Source: Arcobacteraceae bacterium
GTDB taxonomy: Bacteria > Campylobacterota > Campylobacteria > Campylobacterales > Arcobacteraceae
Length of the DNA: 39,817 nt
Assembly: GCA_048268245.1 (NCBI GenBank)
Contig: JBLWVX010000023.1
Location: forward strand, 1 to 39,817
Direction of reading: 5' to 3'
The position numbers and the translations under genes were made by a program. The notes beneath the pieces were generated by a model. It ran no database searches and was not told where the DNA came from. It saw nothing but the letters and a program-made list of their open reading frames with translations. The stretch's first letter is position 1; every line of letters begins with the position of its first letter. Below, piece by piece: positions 8,540-17,622 of this stretch.

Positions 8540-9193
8540 TTATCCTTTATTTATTTTTTCTAATTCTTCAAATGCAACATCATCTAGACTATCATAATAA
8601 AAGTCAATTGATATGAAATGATCAAGTTTTTTTACATAATATAAATCATCTGCAATTGATTCAATTGTCTGAATACTAGCCGTTGGCAAAATAGGAGTTG
8701 CAACCGAAATAGATTTTGCCCCTAACTTAATTGCCGTTTTTATACAAGCCATCATTGTAAGCCCTGTATTTATTCCTTCATCTACAATCAAAACATTTTT
8801 GTATTTTAAATCAGCAATTTGCTTACCATGTCTTAATCTATTTACTTTATTTAAAACTATATTTTCATAAATCTGCTTAGATTTTGCATAAATATAATCT
8901 AAACTAATATCAAAGCTTTTTACTAACTCTTCATGGATAACTACTTCCTCATGTTCTGTAACAATAGCAACTTCACATTCATCATTTGCAGGAGCATTTA
9001 TTTTCTCACTAATCATTATATCAAGTTTCGCATTTAATGTATCTGCAATAACTTTGGCAACTCCAAATCCACCATATGAACTAGATATAACTGTCCAATT
9101 TTCTAACTTCATTTTATCAATTGGCATTACATCCAATAATCTATATGCAGCAACTTCTCTATTTTTGAAATAGATACTGTTCTCAGGATTCAT
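8540..9193 (-). CDS. Phosphoribosyltransferase-family protein (divergent)
   Basis: VLIVDEGINTGLTM PRPP-loop; start placed at ATG 9191-9193 behind an AAGGA RBS rather than at 9232. Confidence 0.8.
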   Translation of the reverse strand: MNPENSIYFKNREVAAYRLLDVMPIDKMKLENWTVISSSYGGFGVAKVIADTLNAKLDIMISEKINAPANDECEVAIVTEHEEVVIHEELVKSFDISLDYIYAKSKQIYENIVLNKVNRLRHGKQIADLKYKNVLIVDEGINTGLTMMACIKTAIKLGAKSISVATPILPTASIQTIESIADDLYYVKKLDHFISIDFYYDSLDDVAFEELEKINKG

Positions 9194-11303
9194 TGCTATC
9201 CTTGAATTTGTATTTTTGCTTAATTCCACCAAGAGGTTTAAGCTCTAAATTTATATATAATATGTTTTGTCTAATACCTTCACTATTACTACTTGTAGAA
9301 GGTATCACTTCTTTTTCATACTTTAAACCTAAAGACCAACATCTATCATAAATATCAACCCCTATACCTTGTTTATTTCTTAATTTTTCTTGTATATTAT
9401 AGTTCTCATAATAAGAGATTTTATAATCATTTGATATATCATATGATGTATTAATTCTAAAAGATTCTAACTCTTCTTTATTTGAATTATCTGTTTTCTT
9501 AGATTTATAATAGCCTAATGATAAATCAAAATCTTCATACTTATAAGTGAAACTTGAAGTATTCTCAGTGAAATGCTTATCTTCTACATTGTAAATGATT
9601 TTATTTGTAATAATTCCATTAGAATAATTATATTTAACAAAATTTTCTAAATCCATAAATTTAGGATCATTATTTTCATCATATAAAATTGATTGAGATA
9701 ACTTGTGGTTTACTATTTGTTTTAAACCCTCTTTTTTATATAAAGATTGATTTAATTGAAGTTTAATATTTTTTTTACCCTGAGCAATAGGAAAAGAGAC
9801 TAATTCTTGACCTTTTGAGCTATCTTTATCTACAGTTATATCATATAAATCGCCATCTTTTTGAATATTTTTAGGATAAGAATATTTAGCACTTAAATTT
9901 ACTGTGTGTAAATAGTTTGTATAAGGCTTAATTAAATCTGTTCCTAAAGTAATAGATGATTCATTTTGAACTAATGTTCCATCATCATACGAAGTGTCTG
10001 TATTAGCATACTGATACTTACTTATTGTACTTTTATTTTCTAAAGTTAAATATAAAAAGTCATCTAAAAAATATGAATTATAACTAATAGGAAGTGTCAA
10101 CTCATAAATTTGAGCATTAATCTTTTTTTGTCTTTCATAGTTAATAGCTTTCGCATCAACAGAATAAATTAAGTTTTTTAAACCTAAGTCTTTATTATAT
10201 GAGTGTAATTGAACTTGAGGTAATTCTTGTAATGTCTCATCATTTGAGTCTTCATTAGTATCAATATAATATCTTGCATATAAACCACCATAGTATTTTG
10301 GTGTATTATAAAAATAGTTTAATTTTGATTCAACTTTTTTTTCAGTAGAAATTGCATCTTCTTCATTTTCAACTGTTTTATACTCAATATCATTTAGCCA
10401 GTTTATAGATGCGTATAAACCATCTTGATGAGAATCATCTTTAGAAAAAAGTTTTGTTCTTTCATAATCAATACTCCAACCATAATGTTTCTCATTTTTT
10501 AAATCAAACTCTTTTCTGTACTCATCTTTTTCTTCAAAGTATCCAGTTTTTAATTTTAATAATGAGTATGGTGAATCTGCTAATCTATAGTAAGCATAAA
10601 GTCCTGAACCTCTATTTGTTCTTAATTGAGGAATTAATTCAAAATCATAATTTTGAGCAGGTGCAAAATAAATAGGTTGAGAATAAAAGCCTCCATCATT
10701 TTTTGAATATCCAATAGTTGGAATTAAAAGACCTGTTCTTCTAGTTTTATCAGTAGGAAAACCTAAATAAGGTGTATAAAATACAGGGACATCTTTTATG
10801 TACAGTCTTGTATTATACGCATGTAACCATTTATCTTCTGTATCATATGAAGCAGAAGAAACTTTTATACTCCATACAGGATCAATACAATCACATGATG
10901 AAATTATAGAGTTTTCAAGTTCTATTTGAGTTTTATTCTTTTTAGATGATTTTGAGTTAACCCATAAGTTACTCTCTTTTTCCATTAATAAAACAGGTGT
11001 TTGTTCATAAGAATCATCATTTACATCTAAAAAAGCATAATTACTTTGAGTTTGTATTGTATTGTCTTTTAAAATTAAAACATTGTCAAAAAGTTCAAAT
11101 GTCTCTTTTTCTTTATCATATACTATTTTGTCAGCTGTAATATAGTAGCTTTTAGAAAAAACTACTACATCACCATTTGCAATAACTGTACTATCTTTAG
11201 TATCAATGTTTTTTGCAAGAAGTTGAAACTTTTCATTATTTAACTCTTTAGAGTAAGAAAGAGTTGATAACAAAATTAACGGTGCAACTACACTTCTAAG
11301 CAT
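9183..11303 (-). CDS. lptD: LPS-assembly outer membrane protein LptD/OstA
   Basis: Signal peptide, N-terminal SSCDC..W, VPVFYTPY..FP..RRTGLLIP motif, beta-barrel, C-terminal CW; purD-RDD-lptD-PRT-pnp order. Confidence 0.88.
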   Translation of the reverse strand: MLRSVVAPLILLSTLSYSKELNNEKFQLLAKNIDTKDSTVIANGDVVVFSKSYYITADKIVYDKEKETFELFDNVLILKDNTIQTQSNYAFLDVNDDSYEQTPVLLMEKESNLWVNSKSSKKNKTQIELENSIISSCDCIDPVWSIKVSSASYDTEDKWLHAYNTRLYIKDVPVFYTPYLGFPTDKTRRTGLLIPTIGYSKNDGGFYSQPIYFAPAQNYDFELIPQLRTNRGSGLYAYYRLADSPYSLLKLKTGYFEEKDEYRKEFDLKNEKHYGWSIDYERTKLFSKDDSHQDGLYASINWLNDIEYKTVENEEDAISTEKKVESKLNYFYNTPKYYGGLYARYYIDTNEDSNDETLQELPQVQLHSYNKDLGLKNLIYSVDAKAINYERQKKINAQIYELTLPISYNSYFLDDFLYLTLENKSTISKYQYANTDTSYDDGTLVQNESSITLGTDLIKPYTNYLHTVNLSAKYSYPKNIQKDGDLYDITVDKDSSKGQELVSFPIAQGKKNIKLQLNQSLYKKEGLKQIVNHKLSQSILYDENNDPKFMDLENFVKYNYSNGIITNKIIYNVEDKHFTENTSSFTYKYEDFDLSLGYYKSKKTDNSNKEELESFRINTSYDISNDYKISYYENYNIQEKLRNKQGIGVDIYDRCWSLGLKYEKEVIPSTSSNSEGIRQNILYINLELKPLGGIKQKYKFKDSNES

Positions 11304-11736
11304 TTACAACCAATGTTTTACCAGTAAAATCATGGAATGTTCTTTTTCCATCATTAAAGAATGCAAAAATAAATCCAATATATACAAACCACTCAGAAAA
11401 AACTCTACCAATTGCTCTTAATAAAGAAGAGAAAATAGATATTCTTCCTAAAGTATTATAATCAATTACTCTAATTTTTGTAATAATTTTTCCTATTGTT
11501 GCACCATAATACCATACAAAGAAAGTATGATATACAACCTTTAACATTATTAAAGGTCCTACAATTTCTACTTTCATTAAGTATACCATCGACTCCATAC
11601 TATTACCTACATTAGTAATTTTGTCCCAAAACATAGCGATTACTAAAAAAGTAACAAGTAAATCATCAATTACAAATGCCATAGCTCTTGAACTAAGTGT
11701 TGCTAATTGAAGATCTTTTGAGCTGTTATTTTGCAT
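11296..11736 (-). CDS. RDD family membrane protein
   Basis: R..A..ID, GATIGK..KIRV, RTFHD..GKTLVV motifs. Confidence 0.88.
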   Translation of the reverse strand: MQNNSSKDLQLATLSSRAMAFVIDDLLVTFLVIAMFWDKITNVGNSMESMVYLMKVEIVGPLIMLKVVYHTFFVWYYGATIGKIITKIRVIDYNTLGRISIFSSLLRAIGRVFSEWFVYIGFIFAFFNDGKRTFHDFTGKTLVVNA

Positions 11737-11745
11737 TATAAATCT

Positions 11746-13011
11746 CTATTTTAAAGCTTGATAAGCAATATCTGATCTACATTTCTTTCCAGCAAAATGC
11801 ACATAACCACATAAATCATATGCTCTATCTCTTGCTTCTTGAATTGAGCTACCAAAACCAACACAAAGTAAAACTCTTCCACCTGTAGCCATTAATTTTC
11901 CATCTTCTTCAGAGACTCCTGCATAAGAAATATGAGAATTAGCTTTTAGCTCTTCATCAATAATTTCATCTACAATAATCTCAGCTGGTTTTGATGATGA
12001 ATAAGGATAATTTTCACTTGCCATTACAACAGCAACACCATACTCATCTTTAATTTTAATATCTAATTTATCAAGTTGTTTTGTAGCACCTTTATAGAAT
12101 AAATCAGATACAGGAGTTTCTAATAAAGGCATTAAAATCTCACATTCAGGATCTCCAAATCTTACATTGTATTCTAAGATAATTGGTTCACCATTTACAA
12201 CCATAACACCAATAAATAAAACACCTTCAAAAGGAGCACCTTCTTGCTTCATTCCTTCTAAAGTTGGTTTAATTACTCTTTCTTCTACTTTCTTGTAAAT
12301 ATCATCATTTACTAAAGGAGTTGGAGCATAAGCACCCATACCACCAGTATTAGGACCAGTATCTCCATCTCCTACTCTTTTATGATCTTGTGCAGCTGGT
12401 AATACTTTATAGTTCTCACCATCACAAATAGCAAAGATTGATAATTCATATCCATCTAAATACTCTTCAACAACGATAGAAGTTCCTGCATCACCAAAAG
12501 ATGAACCGCTTAACATATCAGATGCAGCTTGTTTTGCTTCATCATGTGATTGAGCAATAATTACACCTTTACCTGCACATAAACCATCTGCTTTTACAAC
12601 TACTGGGATATTCATAGTATCAATAAAATCATGAGCCTCTTTTTCATTTGTAGTTTCTATAAATGCTGCTGTTGGTATGTTGTATTTTTTAAGAATGTTT
12701 TTCATATATACTTTTGAACCTTCTAAAGCAGCTGCTGCTTTGCTTGGTCCAAACACAGTCAAGTCATTTTCTTTAAATATATCAACAACACCATCTACTA
12801 ATGGAGCTTCTGGTCCTACAATTGTTAAATCAATAGAATTATCTTTTGCCCATTGTGCTAATTCGTTATAATCTTTTATATTTATATTTGTACCTAATTG
12901 CGAAGTTGCACCATTTCCTGGCATGAAAAATAAGTTGTGAGCATTTTCTTTATATATTGCTAATCCAATAGAGTATTCTCTACCACCACTTCCTAGTATC
13001 AATATATTCAC
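11746..13011 (-). CDS. purD: Phosphoribosylamine-glycine ligase
   Basis: [52 protein letters not shown]. Confidence 0.98.
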   Translation of the reverse strand: MNILILGSGGREYSIGLAIYKENAHNLFFMPGNGATSQLGTNINIKDYNELAQWAKDNSIDLTIVGPEAPLVDGVVDIFKENDLTVFGPSKAAAALEGSKVYMKNILKKYNIPTAAFIETTNEKEAHDFIDTMNIPVVVKADGLCAGKGVIIAQSHDEAKQAASDMLSGSSFGDAGTSIVVEEYLDGYELSIFAICDGENYKVLPAAQDHKRVGDGDTGPNTGGMGAYAPTPLVNDDIYKKVEERVIKPTLEGMKQEGAPFEGVLFIGVMVVNGEPIILEYNVRFGDPECEILMPLLETPVSDLFYKGATKQLDKLDIKIKDEYGVAVVMASENYPYSSSKPAEIIVDEIIDEELKANSHISYAGVSEEDGKLMATGGRVLLCVGFGSSIQEARDRAYDLCGYVHFAGKKCRSDIAYQALK

Positions 13012-13052
13012 GATAATTCCTTGTATTATTAGTTTTTTTAGTTTAAATTTAA

Positions 13053-13231
13053 GTTCTCCAAGCAGCCGTTAACCATCAAATGGCCCACAAAAAGCCAATA
13101 ACTGCACGTAAGAATCTCACTTCAGGAGCAAAAATACCAAAAGGCAAATGCTGCACACCATGAAATTACAATTACACGCAAAAATACAGTATCGGACCCT
13201 CAACGATGGAAAATCCCGAACTGCTTAGATA
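13053..13231 (-). ncRNA. ssrS: 6S RNA (probable)
   Basis: About 180-nt relatively GC-rich intergenic block; 5' UCUAAGCAGUU pairs with 3' GGCUGCUUGGA using G-U wobbles that form only on the minus strand; extended -10 directly upstream; 6S is known to lie next to purD in Helicobacter and Campylobacter. Confidence 0.8.
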
Positions 13232-13236
13232 TTCTT

Positions 13237-13245
13237 ATTTTAGCA
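13237..13245 (-). promoter_or_regulatory. Extended -10 promoter (TGCTAAAAT) for the 6S RNA/purD
   Basis: TGnTAAAAT about 6-7 nt before the paired 5' end of the RNA. Confidence 0.65.
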
Positions 13246-13270
13246 AAACTTATTAAATCTGAGTTTAAAT

Positions 13271-13900
13271 TTATAACTTTAAAGCTACTTTTATACACTC
13301 TTCTACGGAAGTTTTAGAACTTATATGAGCATTTATATTAAAAGGCAAGTATTTTAATGTAGTTTTTCCAATAACGACAGCCTTAAAGCTTTCATCCCAA
13401 TCAAAATTTTTGAAAAAACACTCAACACTTGAAGGAGATGTAAAAATTATTACACTGTTTTTCTCAAGATTCTTTTCTATTTTATTACATGATGTTTTAT
13501 AAACAATCCTATCATCTATTTCTATATTATTTTGCTTTAATATTTCAACTAAATTTGAAACTGTTTTTTCAGCTTTTAAATATAAAACTTTTTTATTTTT
13601 CAAAAGAGGAATTAATTCATTTGCAAAATCATTGCCATGACCAGATTCTCCCGTAAATACAAGATTTCCTCCAAGTTTTTTTAAAACCTTTGCAGTTTTA
13701 GGTGCTATTACATATGAAGGAATTTCCTTATATTTACTGCAAAAAGTATCTAGTGCGTAAATTGCATTTTTTGAAGTAAAAACCAAAGCATCATATTTAG
13801 AGAAATCAATATCTTTCTTAATAAAATCAATCTTAAATACCTCAAGGTTTTCAACTCCTTCAAACTCTAAGTTATTTAATAAATATATTTTTTTATGCAT
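13271..13900 (-). CDS. hemD: Uroporphyrinogen-III synthase
   Basis: LVFTSKNA, VIAPKTA, IFTSPSSV, VIGKTT motifs. Confidence 0.88.
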   Translation of the reverse strand: MHKKIYLLNNLEFEGVENLEVFKIDFIKKDIDFSKYDALVFTSKNAIYALDTFCSKYKEIPSYVIAPKTAKVLKKLGGNLVFTGESGHGNDFANELIPLLKNKKVLYLKAEKTVSNLVEILKQNNIEIDDRIVYKTSCNKIEKNLEKNSVIIFTSPSSVECFFKNFDWDESFKAVVIGKTTLKYLPFNINAHISSKTSVEECIKVALKL

Positions 13901-15464
13901 TTTTCAACTCTAACTCTTGTGTGAAATTAATTGCTTCATCAATATTATGATAAAGCTTACTATCTTTAAATTTTTTATTTGTATCAACTTTTGAAATAGC
14001 TCTTCTATGAGCATATTTTAAAACAAATATAGTTTTTATATTTTTATCTTTTAGTTTCTCAATTAAATCTTCAATCATAAAAATTGCAGAGATATCTAGA
14101 TAAAAAACACTTTTTAAATCTAATATTACATATTTTACATCTTTTAATTTCTCGATTTTTTTATCTAAAACAGATGCTGTTCCAAAAAACAATGAACCAT
14201 TAATTTTGATAATTTCTATTTTTTTACTATCTAAATCAATATCAAAAGAAGTTTTTGTTCTTTGTGTTTTAATTTTTGTACTTTTTGATACTTGATATAC
14301 AGCTAGAATTGAAGCAATTGTTATACCAACACCAACTGCCATAATCAAATCTACAAATACTGTTAGTAAAAATACTGTAATCATAATAAGTAAGTCTTGT
14401 CTTTTTACTTGTGGTAAAATTTTAATAAACCTATAATCTAAAATATCAAAACCAACTTTTATCAGAATCCCTGATAAAACAGCAAGTGGAATTTGTGATG
14501 CTAATGGTGCTAGCAATAAAACAATCAAAAGTAAAGTTATAGAGTGAACCATACCTGAAATTTTTGATGTTCCTCCACTATTAATATTTATAACTGTTCT
14601 CATAGTCGCCCCTGCACCTGGAATTGCTCCTACAAAAGAACATAAACTATTTCCTATACCTTGACCTATTAACTCTTTTTTTGAATTATGTTTTGTTTTA
14701 GTCATTGAATCAGCAACTAAAGAAGTAAGTAATGAATCAATAGAACCTAAAAGGGCTAAAGTTATAGCCAAAGTTAAAATAGTATCTAACTTAGATAGTT
14801 CAAAAGAAAAAGGCGCAACAATTTCAGGTAACCCCATAGGGATTTCACCTATTTTATCTATTTGTAAATCAAGATAAAAACTAAAAAAAGTTACAAATAC
14901 CAATGCAATTAAAGCTGTTGGTATTTTATTTGAAATTACTTTTGGAGTGAAAAACATTATTGCTAAAGTTATAGAAGCAACTAAAAAAGAGTCATAATTT
15001 ATATTTTTTAAAGTATTAAAAAATTCACTTAGAGTCATAATAACAGAACTTTGTGACTCAACACCTAAAAAAGGGTTTATTTGCAGTATTATAATAATAA
15101 GCCCTACTCCACTCATAAAGCCTGAAATAACAGGATAAGGAATATATTTTATCCATTTGCCAATACCAACAATTCCAAAAGAAATTTGTATCAAACCAGA
15201 TAAAAGAATAATACTCATAACAGAAGATAAATCATTTGGAAATGTTGCAACTGCAGTTGCAGTAATAACTGTCATAGGACCAGTTGGTCCTGATATTTGA
15301 GTTGATGTTCCTCCAAAAAGTGCAGCAAAAAAACCTAAAATAATTGCTCCGTACAAACCAGCAATTGCCCCTGCTCCACTAGCCACACCAAAAGCCAAAG
15401 CTAAAGGTAATGCAACAATTGCAGCAGTTATACCTGCAAATATATTGTTTTTTATAGCATTCAA
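13893..15464 (-). CDS. SulP/SLC26 anion permease with STAS domain (BicA-like)
   Basis: ALPLALAFG, QISGPTGPM, GAIPGAGATMRT, C-terminal GSLFFG STAS; TTG start. Confidence 0.92.
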   Translation of the reverse strand: MNAIKNNIFAGITAAIVALPLALAFGVASGAGAIAGLYGAIILGFFAALFGGTSTQISGPTGPMTVITATAVATFPNDLSSVMSIILLSGLIQISFGIVGIGKWIKYIPYPVISGFMSGVGLIIIILQINPFLGVESQSSVIMTLSEFFNTLKNINYDSFLVASITLAIMFFTPKVISNKIPTALIALVFVTFFSFYLDLQIDKIGEIPMGLPEIVAPFSFELSKLDTILTLAITLALLGSIDSLLTSLVADSMTKTKHNSKKELIGQGIGNSLCSFVGAIPGAGATMRTVININSGGTSKISGMVHSITLLLIVLLLAPLASQIPLAVLSGILIKVGFDILDYRFIKILPQVKRQDLLIMITVFLLTVFVDLIMAVGVGITIASILAVYQVSKSTKIKTQRTKTSFDIDLDSKKIEIIKINGSLFFGTASVLDKKIEKLKDVKYVILDLKSVFYLDISAIFMIEDLIEKLKDKNIKTIFVLKYAHRRAISKVDTNKKFKDSKLYHNIDEAINFTQELELKNA

Positions 15465-15481
15465 AAGAACTCCCTGTATGT

Positions 15482-16903
15482 TTAATTATTCTCTTCTAGA
15501 TATTCCTCATCACCAATTTTATCGTTTTTACCTCTTGCTATTAAATGAATAGGAGTACCTTCAAAATTAAAGTTATCTCTTAAGAAATTGATTAAATATC
15601 TTTTATAAGAGAAGTGAAGCATTCTTGGTTTATTCATTACTAATGCAATTTTTGGTGGTTGTGCACTAAATTGCGTTGCATAGTAAATTCTAAGATAATT
15701 ACCTGCTGGACTTGGCAGAGCATGTCTAATAATTGCTTGTTCAATCACTTTATTTAAAGCAGATGTTGGGATTCTTCTAGTGTAGTTTTCATGAACTTCA
15801 ATAATTTTATCTTTTAATCTCTCTACTGATCTCCCCGTCTTTGCTGAAATTGCAATAATTGGAGCATATTCTAAGAATCTAAATCTTCTTCTAACTTCAG
15901 TTTCAAGTTTTTGGAATGTATCCATGTTTTCATCCCATTTGTTTAATACAATAATAGTTCCTAAACCATATTGATCAACTAAACCAGCAATTTTTTCATC
16001 TAAGTCACTAAAAACATCAGAAGCATCAAGTACAACTAAAGCAACGTTAGCTTTTTCTAACATATCCTTAGTTCTCATTAAGGCAAACTTTTCAATACCT
16101 TCAATCTTTCCTCTTCTTCTAAGACCTGCTGTATCAACAAAAGTAATATTTTTATCTTTGTACTCAAAAGATTCATCAACAGGATCAATAGTAGTTCCTG
16201 CAATTTCAGAAACTACTGATCGCTCTTCACCAATTATTGCATTTAAAGTAGAAGATTTTCCAACATTTACTCTACCAATAATAGCTACTTTGATATTTTT
16301 TTCATCAATTTCTTCTCTTTTTGACTTTTCACTATCATCATGCTCTAAAGCTTCTAACTTAGCTTTTTCTTCTTCACTAAGCTCTGGCTCGATAGCAGGT
16401 GGTAAATGGTTATATATCCATTCAAAAAGTGTTTTTGTACCTCTATTATGAGATACCGAAATTCCAAATAAATTCTCATCAGAAATTCCAAACTCAAAGA
16501 ATTCCCATAATCTTTCATTCTCTTTGTCATTATCTATTTTATTTACGACTAAAGCAAGCTCTTTACCTAAAGCTTGAAGCTCATAAAATAATTCTTTATC
16601 CTTTTCATCAGGTATTCTTTTACCATCTACCATAAAAAGTATTATATCAGCCTCTTTTGCAGTCTCAATAGCTTTTCTTTTTACATTAGAGAAGATCGCA
16701 TCATTAGTTTCATCAATACCACCAGTATCTAACATCATAGCACATCTATCAAATACTTCAATCTCATGTTTCCTAATATCTCTTGTTGTACCTGCTAAAT
16801 CTGATACAATAGCAATTCTTTGTTTTGCAATTCTATTAAAAAGTGAAGATTTACCTACATTTGGTTGACCAATTAGTGCAATTTTTTTTAGTTCAGTATT
16901 CAT
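15482..16903 (-). CDS. der: Ribosome biogenesis GTPase Der/EngA
   Basis: Tandem G domains GQPNVGKSS / GRVNVGKSS, DTGG/DTAG, NKID/NKWD, KH-like C-terminus. Confidence 0.97.
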   Translation of the reverse strand: MNTELKKIALIGQPNVGKSSLFNRIAKQRIAIVSDLAGTTRDIRKHEIEVFDRCAMMLDTGGIDETNDAIFSNVKRKAIETAKEADIILFMVDGKRIPDEKDKELFYELQALGKELALVVNKIDNDKENERLWEFFEFGISDENLFGISVSHNRGTKTLFEWIYNHLPPAIEPELSEEEKAKLEALEHDDSEKSKREEIDEKNIKVAIIGRVNVGKSSTLNAIIGEERSVVSEIAGTTIDPVDESFEYKDKNITFVDTAGLRRRGKIEGIEKFALMRTKDMLEKANVALVVLDASDVFSDLDEKIAGLVDQYGLGTIIVLNKWDENMDTFQKLETEVRRRFRFLEYAPIIAISAKTGRSVERLKDKIIEVHENYTRRIPTSALNKVIEQAIIRHALPSPAGNYLRIYYATQFSAQPPKIALVMNKPRMLHFSYKRYLINFLRDNFNFEGTPIHLIARGKNDKIGDEEYLEENN

Positions 16904-16934
16904 TTAGTATGAACTCCTATATTTTTATATAAAT

Positions 16935-16964
16935 AAAAAAAGGCATTAGCCATGGCTAATACCT
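16935..16964 (-). terminator. Rho-independent terminator after hpf
   Basis: Minus strand AGGTATTAGCC-AT-GGCTAATGCCT followed by a T-run. Confidence 0.8.
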
Positions 16965-16987
16965 CTTTTCTAAAGGGAAAAAAAGGA

Positions 16988-17530
16988 TTAGTATAATCCA
17001 AATTTACCTTCTTCTTTAGTTTTGTAAAGTACTCTCATGTTATCATCTTTATCATAGAATACTTTAAATTGTGCATCAGAACCTTTTAAGTCTTGTAATG
17101 CTTCTTCAATATCCATTGGTTTGTATGAAGATAATCTTACTGGTGCAATCTCTTCTTCAAATTTTTCTAACTCATTAGCAATTTTATCTTCAATTACTTG
17201 AGACTCTACTTCAGTAAGTTTTGTAGCTTTATGACCTGTGATTTTATCATGGTGTCTTCTTAAAACTTTTGATACTCTATCTACTGCAATGTCAACTGCA
17301 GAATATAAGTCTTTATCTTTTTGTTTTACAACAATAGTATCTAAATGAGCTACATTTAATGTAAACTCAAAAGTAAATGCTTTTTTCCCATGTTTTTCAT
17401 CTTGAGAAATAATCGAATTAACAGAAATAATATCTAAATTATATTTTTTGAATATTTCTACAGAGCTATTGATATAATCTTTAATTGGCTCAGTTAAATC
17501 TATGTGTCTTCCTACAATACTTGTATTCAT
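16988..17530 (-). CDS. hpf: Long-type ribosome hibernation promoting factor (HPF/RaiA family)
   Basis: GRHIDLTEPIKDY, DLYSAVD, C-terminal KPMDIEEA...VLYK..GKFGL domain. Confidence 0.9.
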   Translation of the reverse strand: MNTSIVGRHIDLTEPIKDYINSSVEIFKKYNLDIISVNSIISQDEKHGKKAFTFEFTLNVAHLDTIVVKQKDKDLYSAVDIAVDRVSKVLRRHHDKITGHKATKLTEVESQVIEDKIANELEKFEEEIAPVRLSSYKPMDIEEALQDLKGSDAQFKVFYDKDDNMRVLYKTKEEGKFGLY

Positions 17531-17557
17531 AACAAACTCCTTAATAATAATTTATTT

Positions 17558-17566
17558 ATTCTAACA
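17558..17566 (-). promoter_or_regulatory. Extended -10 promoter (TGTTAGAAT) of hpf
   Basis: TGnTAGAAT about 28 nt upstream of the ATG, with an AAGGAG RBS in between. Confidence 0.55.
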
Positions 17567-17622
17567 TAAATAAAATAAAAAGAGAGCCTGCTACAATTAA
17601 GTCATACAATAAAAATATTGCC

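Noticed and set aside
9194..9232. Longer N-terminus for the PRT protein as given in the track
   Set aside because: It overlaps lptD extensively; ATG 9193 has a well-spaced AAGGA RBS
13053..13231. Purine or ZTP riboswitch upstream of purD
   Set aside because: End-to-end pairing, size, own promoter and known synteny fit 6S RNA better, and no expression-platform terminator was seen
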